A stretch of DNA of 64,000 nt from a virus, in IMG/VR virus record IMGVR_UViG_3300035686_000005, positions 1 through 64,000 of that record. One strand, written 5' to 3'. Positions 58,203 through 64,000 of this stretch are shown piece after piece; the first letter of the stretch is position 1, and every line of letters begins with the position of its first letter. Under the pieces are notes generated by a model, which saw only the letters and a program-made list of their open reading frames with translations, did no database searches and was not told where the DNA came from. Both the position numbers and the translations under genes were made by a program.

Positions 58203-58898
58203 CTAGAAACCTAATCCCCCATACTCAGCCGAAAACGTATTTATTACCTCGTCTCCTTCCTCAAAACATTCGTAATGCTTAGGCATTGTATGCATCGCCC
58301 CAATGTTACCAGTAAAATCATTCCCGTCAAAATAGATCACAGGAATACGGGTAAATTTGGCGAATTCTATTTCAGCTTTCGTAGACGATCCAATATATCC
58401 AGCAGAATTGGATATCACACAAATTGCATCACTCAAGTGTATTTTTTGGAAGTGCAACCGCTTCACCAAAGAATAGTCGGTGTTGGTGTTCTCTGCATAC
58501 TTGTGAAAAGAATGTCCCCAGCTTCCACACTGCAACACAATCCAACCAAAAAAGGTTAACCGTCTGTTAGCTTCCATTGCCTCGAAGAAAAACTGAGTTG
58601 AGCCACATAAAGTAATAACTCCCGAATGTTCCTGAATGTGTGTGTTAGCGTCCATTAATTTTGTTTGTGTATCTTTTGTTGTCTGCATTGCTTTCCCTAG
58701 CCAATTGGTTATGTATTCTTCAGCCGTGGATGCTCCCGATTCTTCAAGCTGTTCCTGAGTTACACACTCTACAAAATGCTCCCAAATCTGGGATTTCATA
58801 GAATCATTATCTGGTAAGTTGAAATAGATGTGTGCAAGCTGATCATCCGTCATAGATGAAATTGTGTGAGTCTTGCCGTTGTTTTGGTAAATTCTCAT
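58203..58898 (-). CDS. protein with nucleoside 2-deoxyribosyltransferase-like C-terminal domain
   Basis: ITLCGSTQFF..FGWIVLQCG...SDAICVISNSAGYIGSSTKAEIEFAKFTRIPVIYF resembles the Rossmann-like NDT/DUF4406 pattern; TTGACA-N17-TACAAT promoter 58922-58950. Confidence 0.45.
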   Translation of the reverse strand: MRIYQNNGKTHTISSMTDDQLAHIYFNLPDNDSMKSQIWEHFVECVTQEQLEESGASTAEEYITNWLGKAMQTTKDTQTKLMDANTHIQEHSGVITLCGSTQFFFEAMEANRRLTFFGWIVLQCGSWGHSFHKYAENTNTDYSLVKRLHFQKIHLSDAICVISNSAGYIGSSTKAEIEFAKFTRIPVIYFDGNDFTGNIGAMHTMPKHYECFEEGDEVINTFSAEYGGLGF

Positions 58899-58921
58899 GT
58901 CTGCAATGATTGGTTTTCTTG

Positions 58922-58950
58922 ATTGTATTCTATTGTAGCTATAATGTCAA
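58922..58950 (-). promoter_or_regulatory. sigma70-like promoter
   Basis: minus strand TTGACA-N17-TACAAT, 23 nt upstream of ATG 58898. Confidence 0.6.
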
Positions 58951-58978
58951 ACTAAAGAGCCGTCCTTAGTGACGGCTC

Positions 58979-58991
58979 TAAAGTTACTTTA
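58979..58991. repeat. TAAAGTWACTTTA copy (W=T)
   Basis: perfect; 11 nt after stop 59003 (minus strand), abuts hairpin 58956-58979. Confidence 0.95.
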
Positions 58992-59002
58992 GTGGACGGA
59001 AT

Positions 59003-59839
59003 TTAGAAAACCGATAATCCCCTGATCACAATGTTGTTCATTACCGCCAAGTTGGTCTGCTGCGAACCTTGCAACAGCTTGTCATAATCAGACGGCTTAT
59101 GCTTTTTGAGATAAGCTTTGAACAACAACAATGCAGAGTCAAGCGTTCTGAATCGTTTCTTTGCATACTTGTTAATGTGCTTTAGTAACTCTGGAGTGAA
59201 GATGTCTGCATTGATTTCATCTGTAATATCACCTGTGAAAATGTAACCGTTCATGTCTAAGAACTGATCAATTGCATCATCTACACTCATGGTTGCATTA
59301 GGCGGTTCTGACAACTCGATACCAAGCATCGACTCTAAAGCGTTTACCATTTTCCAATCATTACGTTCTTTGGCGTTGAGTATCAGACGATAGGTTCGCA
59401 ACACTTCGCTATTGGTAAGATTGTGTCCTTGTTGTGTGTTGTTTGGAACTGTACGCTCTGATTCTTTACGGAATCCACAAACATCTTGGATTGTTGCCCG
59501 AATGCCTACACGGGCAAATGCTCTGTATGCTGCTTTAGCAATATCGGTGCAATATCGCCCAGCTTCAAAAGCGTAGTATTCAAGAATTACTGATAAAGCT
59601 GTGTCGGGTATTCCGTGTATAGCAAAGGATTCTAGCTTACCACCCCAAAAGCCTTCATCACTAAGCATTTCAGCCAATTTAGAGGCTAATAGCTTACCAT
59701 CATTTTGAAACCCTTGAACTAATCCAGTGTGAGCAACACCCGCCAATCTGGCAGCACCTCGAATACTGCAATATCCAACACCATCAGCATCTACACGTAG
59801 CTCTTTCTGAATCTGCTCGAAAACGGTTATACTTGACAT
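59003..59839 (-). CDS. hypothetical protein (possible DNA-binding)
   Basis: start moved to ATG 59839 (MSSITVFEQ); the track's 27-aa extension runs into a hairpin. Confidence 0.55.
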   Translation of the reverse strand: MSSITVFEQIQKELRVDADGVGYCSIRGAARLAGVAHTGLVQGFQNDGKLLASKLAEMLSDEGFWGGKLESFAIHGIPDTALSVILEYYAFEAGRYCTDIAKAAYRAFARVGIRATIQDVCGFRKESERTVPNNTQQGHNLTNSEVLRTYRLILNAKERNDWKMVNALESMLGIELSEPPNATMSVDDAIDQFLDMNGYIFTGDITDEINADIFTPELLKHINKYAKKRFRTLDSALLLFKAYLKKHKPSDYDKLLQGSQQTNLAVMNNIVIRGLSVF

Positions 59840-59865
59840 AGGAAATCTTCGATTTAGATTTACAC

Positions 59866-59894
59866 GCCCTCGTGATTGCGGGGGCTTCTTTATT
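59866..59894 (+). terminator. hairpin plus TTCTTTATT (unit A of the 59.9-60.2 kb array)
   Basis: GCCCTCG-TGATTG-CGGGGGC. Confidence 0.5.
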
Positions 59895-59970
59895 GTAGCC
59901 AATATAAATACGACACACAATGCAGATTAGTGGTATACTCAGGTAGTCTGATCTCTCAAGTGGTAATCAC

Positions 59971-59995
59971 GCCCCCTTGCTGGGGCTTCTTTATT
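59971..59995 (+). terminator. hairpin plus TTCTTTATT (unit B)
   Basis: GCCCC-CTTGCT-GGGGC. Confidence 0.5.
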
Positions 59996-60011
59996 GCAGA
60001 CATGCTACAAT
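59994..60011 (+). promoter_or_regulatory. promoter-like box TTGCAG-N6-TACAAT
   Basis: follows hairpin B; no ORF downstream. Confidence 0.4.
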
Positions 60012-60040
60012 ATAAGCTCTTGCATTTCAATTGGTGATAT

Positions 60041-60068
60041 GCCCTCACTAGCTGGAGGCTTCTTTATT
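60041..60068 (+). terminator. hairpin plus TTCTTTATT (unit C)
   Basis: GCCCTC-ACTAGCT-GGAGGC (one bulge); resembles 15727-15744. Confidence 0.45.
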
Positions 60069-60084
60069 GCAGACATAGTATAAT
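60067..60084 (+). promoter_or_regulatory. promoter-like box TTGCAG-N6-TATAAT
   Basis: follows hairpin C; no ORF downstream. Confidence 0.4.
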
Positions 60085-60113
60085 ATAATCATTACATTAC
60101 ATCCTGTTATCTC

Positions 60114-60148
60114 AGCTGCAAGTTCTAGACGCTTGCAGCTTTTTGTTT
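60114..60148 (+). terminator. intrinsic terminator (unit D)
   Basis: AGCTGCAAG...CTTGCAGCT 9-bp stem followed by TTTTGTTT. Confidence 0.6.
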
Positions 60149-60178
60149 GATATTATAATAGTCTTCTTATTTCTTATC

Positions 60179-60208
60179 GCCGTTAGCCACTCCGCTAGCG
60201 GCTTTTTT
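60179..60208 (+). terminator. intrinsic terminator (unit E)
   Basis: GCCGTTAGC...GCTAGCGGC followed by TTTTTT. Confidence 0.6.
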
Positions 60209-60214
60209 ATTGAA

Positions 60215-60227
60215 TAAAGTTACTTTA
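60215..60227. repeat. TAAAGTWACTTTA copy (W=T)
   Basis: perfect; after terminator 60179-60208. Confidence 0.95.
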
Positions 60228-60287
60228 GCAACCGTGTATAGTTGCGTTGTGAAGTTTCTAATTTTTCGAAATTTATAAGTGAAGCCG

Positions 60288-60330
60288 TGCAGACATGACT
60301 GATTGTGTCCTTTGTTGTCTCATGTCTGCA
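60288..60330. repeat. 11-bp inverted repeat TGCAGACATGA / TCATGTCTGCA
   Basis: arms 60288-60298 and 60320-60330, 21-nt spacer. Confidence 0.85.
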
Positions 60331-60331
60331 A

Positions 60332-60344
60332 TAAAGTCACTTTA
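60332..60344. repeat. degenerate motif copy TAAAGTCACTTTA
   Basis: central C instead of W. Confidence 0.7.
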
Positions 60345-60601
60345 AAGGGATAGTATTATATCATACTTCTCTCAGGAAAGGAAGAGGGGGTAAATTAAGA
60401 TTGTGTAAAGATTTCCACACGAAACACACAATTTAAGGAAGTGCCAGTTATCAAGGGTTTCAGCTCTTGGCACTCACACGAAACGGCGAGAGTCTCACAA
60501 AATAAAAAAATCTACGTGAGGCATACACAGCAAAGGTTCTAGCCGTTTTCTCTCGACTCTCGCACACTCCAGGTTAGACAGACTTGGAAAAAATAAATAA
60601 A

Positions 60602-60619
60602 TTACCCCCCCCTATTCCA
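60602..60619 (+). repeat. C8-tract element TTACCCCCCCCTATTCCA
   Basis: first of five C8/G9 elements in 60.6-61.04 kb. Confidence 0.9.
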
Positions 60620-60711
60620 TTAATTGAACATGTCTGAATTTATCCTTATGTCCTTTTGTCGCCTTCTTTTTTGGCGCTTTATTTCCTAAATATATTTGTT
60701 ACTTCAGTTAC

Positions 60712-60729
60712 CAGTAGAATATTCTACTG
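60712..60729. repeat. perfect 18-bp palindrome CAGTAGAATATTCTACTG
   Basis: read directly from the sequence. Confidence 0.9.
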
Positions 60730-60734
60730 CCAGC

Positions 60735-60749
60735 TAGGGGGGGGGTAAA
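60735..60749 (-). repeat. inverted C-tract element (TAGGGGGGGGGTAAA on +)
   Basis: G9 run 60737-60745. Confidence 0.9.
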
Positions 60750-60913
60750 CATTTATTTTTTGGCGAATCATACTCTCTTAAAGTATCGAGAGGTTGTGAG
60801 AAATGGCTGAAACCCTTGATATATATGCCTCACGTAAATTTTTTTCATCCGAGAGAACACACAAATTTTGTGTGAATCGCTGAAACCTATACACAGCAAG
60901 CCACACAGAGATT

Positions 60914-60928
60914 TAGGGGGGGGGTAAA
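60914..60928 (-). repeat. inverted C-tract element (TAGGGGGGGGGTAAA on +)
   Basis: G9 run 60916-60924. Confidence 0.9.
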
Positions 60929-60977
60929 AATATTGTAATATATGCCTCACGTTGGTAAAATACGTCAAAAAAATATA

Positions 60978-61036
60978 TTACCCCCCCCTATTCCACAAGT
61001 TGCATATTTACCCCCCCCTATTCCACAAGTTGCATA
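60978..61036 (+). repeat. tandem 30-bp direct repeat, two copies of TTACCCCCCCCTATTCCACAAGTTGCATA
   Basis: 60978-61006 and 61008-61036. Confidence 0.9.
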
Positions 61037-61246
61037 AATTTCCCCTAACAACATCGACAGACAACAGAGGACGCACTAACGCCTTACCACTGCCGTTTGC
61101 CTGCGCTTTAGAGACACGCTAAGAAGAATCGGGTGTGATTGCACATATATAGATGTCGGTTGTCTGAACCGAATCTAGACTTATGCACTTTTTTGCATAA
61201 TATACGGATACAAATAAACCGAGTATTTATACTCAAGGGAATGCTC

Positions 61247-61259
61247 TAAAGTTACTTTA
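61247..61259. repeat. TAAAGTWACTTTA copy (W=T)
   Basis: perfect; 8 nt upstream of the -35 at 61268. Confidence 0.95.
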
Positions 61260-61267
61260 GAAAAAGC

Positions 61268-61296
61268 TTGCACAATTTTAGAATTGTAGTTATAGT
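61268..61296 (+). promoter_or_regulatory. sigma70-like promoter
   Basis: TTGCAC-N17-TATAGT. Confidence 0.6.
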
Positions 61297-61322
61297 AAAT
61301 ACAGTTACTCAGAGAGAATCAG

Positions 61323-61769
61323 ATGAAGCTGACTTACAACGATCGCAATTATGCCTCAATTCCTCCATCAGAATGGATGTTCATAGCTAACAAATCTGTT
61401 GAGCTGATTAGCGATTCTGTTGTTACCGCAATTGAGGAATATGAACCTCATTTAAGACCAACAGACGCGGCTATCTACTACCTAGAAGACAAGCACGGTT
61501 ATCGAATAGCCAACTGTTATAAATCAATGTTTTGGTCAGATTGGGAAATACTATTATTTCCTAATCCCCACATAGATGAAACCTTGCGTATCAATAAGCT
61601 AGACATGCAAGTGACGAAACAGTTTCATCAAGGCATGGATTATTTTAACAAAGGTTATTCTATGCCAGTAGAGGACAGTCCCTTAAAAGATGGCTGGATG
61701 GCAGCTAGGGAGATGGATCAAATCAAGAAACGTTACCTGCAACAGTGCAAAGAAACTTTTGTTTTCTAA
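61323..61769 (+). CDS. hypothetical protein
   Basis: 148 aa; TTGCAC-N17-TATAGT promoter 61268-61296; stop TAA is the first triplet of motif 61767. Confidence 0.6.
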   Translation: MKLTYNDRNYASIPPSEWMFIANKSVELISDSVVTAIEEYEPHLRPTDAAIYYLEDKHGYRIANCYKSMFWSDWEILLFPNPHIDETLRINKLDMQVTKQFHQGMDYFNKGYSMPVEDSPLKDGWMAAREMDQIKKRYLQQCKETFVF

Positions 61770-61779
61770 AGTAACTTTA
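61767..61779. repeat. TAAAGTWACTTTA copy (W=A)
   Basis: perfect; first TAA is the stop of 61323-61769. Confidence 0.95.
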
Positions 61780-61820
61780 GTGGGTGCATTGCCAAAACCA
61801 CACACACCAAAGGACACACC

Positions 61821-62060
61821 ATGATCGTTATCAGATCGCATTCAGAACTGATTAGAGATATCAAACTCCAAATCGAAAGAGAATCTAAAAAGCTCGAATA
61901 TTACGAAAGATGTAAAAAGGGTTTAGATGTCTGGAATCTGTCTAAAAAAAATCTACAAGAAGCCATTGATAGAACTCAAGGACAGTTATTGGCTTACAAG
62001 CATTGTCTAGAAATGGCTAAATCATTCCAAAAATTTGACGAGTCAAAAACAGAGGTTTGA
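61821..62060 (+). CDS. hypothetical protein
   Basis: 79 aa; conserved initiation region AAAGGACACACCATGAT. Confidence 0.55.
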   Translation: MIVIRSHSELIRDIKLQIERESKKLEYYERCKKGLDVWNLSKKNLQEAIDRTQGQLLAYKHCLEMAKSFQKFDESKTEV

Positions 62061-62062
62061 TA

Positions 62063-62293
62063 ATGGACAAGCTAGTCAGTATCAGGGTTTACAGATGGGA
62101 TGGTTTTTCAGACGGGATCGAGAAGCCGGAAGTTGATTTAGGAAAGCTAACTGCATCTATTGAAACAGACAAATTGATCATAAAATCTATTAACGGCATT
62201 CCTGTTAATGTGATTATGTCTGATGCAACATTGTATGAGTTCTATCCTGATTTTACCGGATACGAAATCGAAGATCCTTTAAAGTTACTTTAG
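62063..62293 (+). CDS. hypothetical protein
   Basis: ATG 62063 (track starts at TTG 62057); C-terminus PLKLL-stop is encoded by motif 62280-62292. Confidence 0.5.
   Translation: MDKLVSIRVYRWDGFSDGIEKPEVDLGKLTASIETDKLIIKSINGIPVNVIMSDATLYEFYPDFTGYEIEDPLKLL
62280..62292. repeat. TAAAGTWACTTTA copy (W=T)
   Basis: perfect; the only copy read in the K-L-L frame; its final TA plus G gives stop TAG 62291-62293. Confidence 0.95.
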
Positions 62294-62329
62294 AACTCAG
62301 CTTAATTACCACAAGAGAAAGGACACACC

Positions 62330-62647
62330 ATGATACTCGAAAGCGAAGAATTCCAAGTATTGGCTGAAACTTGCACATATCAAGACAACGAAAGTGCTGA
62401 TTATCTGGCATACTGTGACGATGGTATGAAGCGTAGATACACTATCTATGCATATTGCATGACGCCAATTAATGTTTATGAAGAGGAATTGATGTGGACA
62501 ACATCAAACGGAGAAAAAATTAAAGCCTCAGAGATAAAGCCCAGTCACAGGAAAAACATCATTAATCTATTGCAGAGACGGTTAAGGGATTGTGATGATG
62601 ATTTTCAGAAAGGTGTTATCTTATGTCAAATTATAGCTTTCAGCTAG
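62330..62647 (+). CDS. hypothetical protein
   Basis: 105 aa; same 17-nt initiation region as 61821; terminator 62685-62716. Confidence 0.55.
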   Translation: MILESEEFQVLAETCTYQDNESADYLAYCDDGMKRRYTIYAYCMTPINVYEEELMWTTSNGEKIKASEIKPSHRKNIINLLQRRLRDCDDDFQKGVILCQIIAFS

Positions 62648-62684
62648 ACGTGTTATAATACACCTAATCGTATCAATTTGCTTG

Positions 62685-62716
62685 CCATCTGTAATCTCCT
62701 ACAGGTGGTTTTTCTT
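62685..62716 (+). terminator. intrinsic terminator
   Basis: CCATCTGT...ACAGGTGG followed by TTTTT. Confidence 0.6.
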
Positions 62717-62722
62717 TTGGGC

Positions 62723-62735
62723 TAAAGTTACTTTA
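62723..62735. repeat. TAAAGTWACTTTA copy (W=T)
   Basis: perfect; after terminator 62685-62716, upstream of 62786. Confidence 0.95.
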
Positions 62736-62785
62736 TAACTTTTCGATAAATGTAGCCATATTAAATATTTAAGGTTAGAATCGAT

Positions 62786-62995
62786 ATGTCCTTAAAAAAT
62801 TTCCACATGAACGACACACCCAGAAGTATTGAATTGCAGAATGAAAGGGATTACATCAGCTGGTTGAAACGTCAAGGTATCTCACGAGCTGAGCATAGTA
62901 GAAGAGTGAGTGCATTGATAAAGAGTCATCCAATACCCTTGCAATTGGAACTGAAAGCTTTAAAGGAACGTCTGAAAAGGAAACACAACCGATAG
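62786..62995 (+). CDS. hypothetical protein
   Basis: 69-aa basic ORF. Confidence 0.5.
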   Translation: MSLKNFHMNDTPRSIELQNERDYISWLKRQGISRAEHSRRVSALIKSHPIPLQLELKALKERLKRKHNR

Positions 62996-63028
62996 ATATG
63001 GCGAAATACATTTTCAAGTTTGATCCAG

Positions 63029-63364
63029 ATGAAGACGATACGAGGGGAAGCGGACGTGATTAAGACCTACACAAGAAAATCGACATACACAGAGGACACA
63101 GCCCTAGGTGTTTATGTCAGGAATGATAAAGCCAGCATTGATGAGATACCCAAAACTATCAGCCTACCCAATGCAGAGATCAAAATTCAGGACGATTCTG
63201 GATTTGTATTTCTCCTGGCTGCTGCTAACAATCCTGGCAAGGAATGGATTAAAGAGGGGGAATGGTACCGACATGTGCAATCTGGTCTTAAGGCAAAATT
63301 ACACGCCCCCAAGAGCCGTACATATCAAGAAGCGGTAATGGAATTGCAGGTAATGTTTCCTTAG
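63029..63364 (+). CDS. hypothetical protein
   Basis: ATG 63029 within track ORF 63020-63364. Confidence 0.5.
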   Translation: MKTIRGEADVIKTYTRKSTYTEDTALGVYVRNDKASIDEIPKTISLPNAEIKIQDDSGFVFLLAAANNPGKEWIKEGEWYRHVQSGLKAKLHAPKSRTYQEAVMELQVMFP

Positions 63365-63378
63365 CGTTAGCAACAGAA

Positions 63379-63391
63379 TAAAGTTACTTTA
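63379..63391. repeat. TAAAGTWACTTTA copy (W=T)
   Basis: perfect; central TAA (minus) is the stop of 63384-63899. Confidence 0.95.
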
Positions 63392-63899
63392 GATTTTCAT
63401 CAGCTCCAGATTGATTTCTGGAGCTGTTGACATTTAATAGAGTTTTTAATAAAACAACATCATTGTTTAGATTGAGGAGTAAAGTCAGAACTAACATTAC
63501 TTGACCGTTACTTTCTTGCTTTGCAGAGATAACAGCCATATTTTCTTTGACTGCCACAATCGCCTCTTTCAGCTTCCCTATTTCTTCTTGCAATTCGTGT
63601 ATTGCATTGAGCCGAGAGATTATAGAATCCAGTCCATTTTCTAACTCTCGTATCAGTTCCCGATTCGCGTCATATCGATCGATATTGCTGCTTTGCCTCT
63701 CCTTCTCCCGGTCGATTATATAGGCGACAACTCCAGACACTATAGTTGCGCCAAGTCCTACCCAACCTTCCGGGGATATCGATCGAGCAAGCTTAAGCAG
63801 GAATGGCAAATCGAACAGCTTGGAAAAAATATACATCACCACTATCCAAAAAATGGCAATGTACAGTAATTTTTTCCACTTCTTTTTAAAGTAATACAA
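63384..63899 (-). CDS. membrane-anchored coiled-coil protein
   Basis: 171 aa, TTG start, two N-terminal hydrophobic helices; stop is the central TAA of motif 63379-63391. Confidence 0.55.
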   Translation of the reverse strand: MYYFKKKWKKLLYIAIFWIVVMYIFSKLFDLPFLLKLARSISPEGWVGLGATIVSGVVAYIIDREKERQSSNIDRYDANRELIRELENGLDSIISRLNAIHELQEEIGKLKEAIVAVKENMAVISAKQESNGQVMLVLTLLLNLNNDVVLLKTLLNVNSSRNQSGADENLK

Positions 63900-64000
63900 G
63901 CTGACTTACTTTATGGTTATGGGCAAGCGTATCATTCATGTTATCACTGATGATAGTTTTGGGAGTGTTATCACAATAAACAATTCTCAACGTTGGTGTC

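Larger units (their letters stand above)
59866..60208 (+). other. array of promoter-like box / short spacer / intrinsic terminator mini-units (candidate small transcripts)
   Basis: five + strand hairpin-T-run elements with TTGYAG-N4-6-TAnAAT boxes between them; no ORF. Confidence 0.4.

Noticed and set aside
59866-61036. Possible CRISPR array, considered because a related cyanophage is known from the literature to carry one
   Set aside because: The repeated units are irregular in spacing and orientation, are short (11-30 bp) and belong to several different families. The hairpin units at 59.9-60.2 kb differ in stem sequence. No regular repeat-spacer periodicity and no cas genes are present.
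1-64000. K-V-T-L as a conserved protein motif
   Set aside because: The peptide is a by-product of the DNA motif. Two of the three frames contain TAA when W=A, so the reading frame is largely forced. The peptide occurs in unrelated proteins and also in spurious antisense ORFs.
1-64000. The 13-mer acting as an RNA hairpin or as a terminator itself
   Set aside because: A perfect palindrome with a single central base cannot close a loop. The best alternative is a 4-bp all-A:U stem, which is too weak. Separate GC-rich hairpins with T-runs lie next to many copies and explain termination. Single-stranded RNA recognition, for example by RNase E-type cleavage, is kept as an open hypothesis in the findings.
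1-64000. Lysogeny module, tRNA genes, reverse transcriptase/DGR and toxin-antitoxin pairs
   Set aside because: No integrase, excisionase, CI/Cro-like pair, tRNA-like cloverleaf signature (for example GTTCGAATC-type T-arms) or RT motif was recognised by eye. Absence cannot be proven without tools.

Overview
AT-rich, densely coded 64-kb window that reads as a nearly complete genome of a contractile-tailed dsDNA phage. I count about 80 credible genes and see no rRNA, tRNA, cas genes, integrase or regular CRISPR array. Layout: (1) 1-24.3 kb, mostly + strand early and accessory genes: Dam-class methyltransferase, Zn-ribbon/AP2-like and T5orf172 nuclease-like proteins, two ParB-like paralogs, DUF932, a Bet/RecT recombinase, a minus-strand TIR-domain cassette, a membrane plus FtsK-like ATPase module, HNH and VRR-NUC nucleases. 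(2) 24.3-47.7 kb, minus-strand virion module: fibers, baseplate (J, gp25-like, gpI-like, a gpD-like hub carrying GH19 and NlpC/P60 domains), tape measure, tube, sheath, lambda-like head genes, GpA-like terminase. (3) 48.2-53.3 kb, divergent family-B DNA polymerase and primase/helicase. (4) 53.4-59.8 kb, minus-strand accessory genes: PP-loop ATPase, deoxyribosyltransferase-like protein, possible NADAR. (5) 59.9-61.3 kb, a repeat-dense non-coding locus. (6) 61.3-64 kb, small genes. The dominant non-genic signal is a perfectly conserved 13-bp near-palindrome, TAAAGTWACTTTA. It is present at least 66 times, about one per gene. It sits at almost every gene boundary, often supplies the stop codon and sometimes the next start codon, and is always read K-V-T-L when it lies inside a gene. 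I regard this punctuation system, its unknown reader (candidates: the two ParB/KorB-like paralogs) and the TIR cassette as the most interesting content. From memory the gene content resembles Nostoc/Anabaena cyanomyoviruses of the A-1(L)/N-1 type, but I cannot verify that without a database search. Coordinates read from the printed sequence may be off by 1 in places; one printed line disagrees with the ORF track (see noticed_but_rejected).
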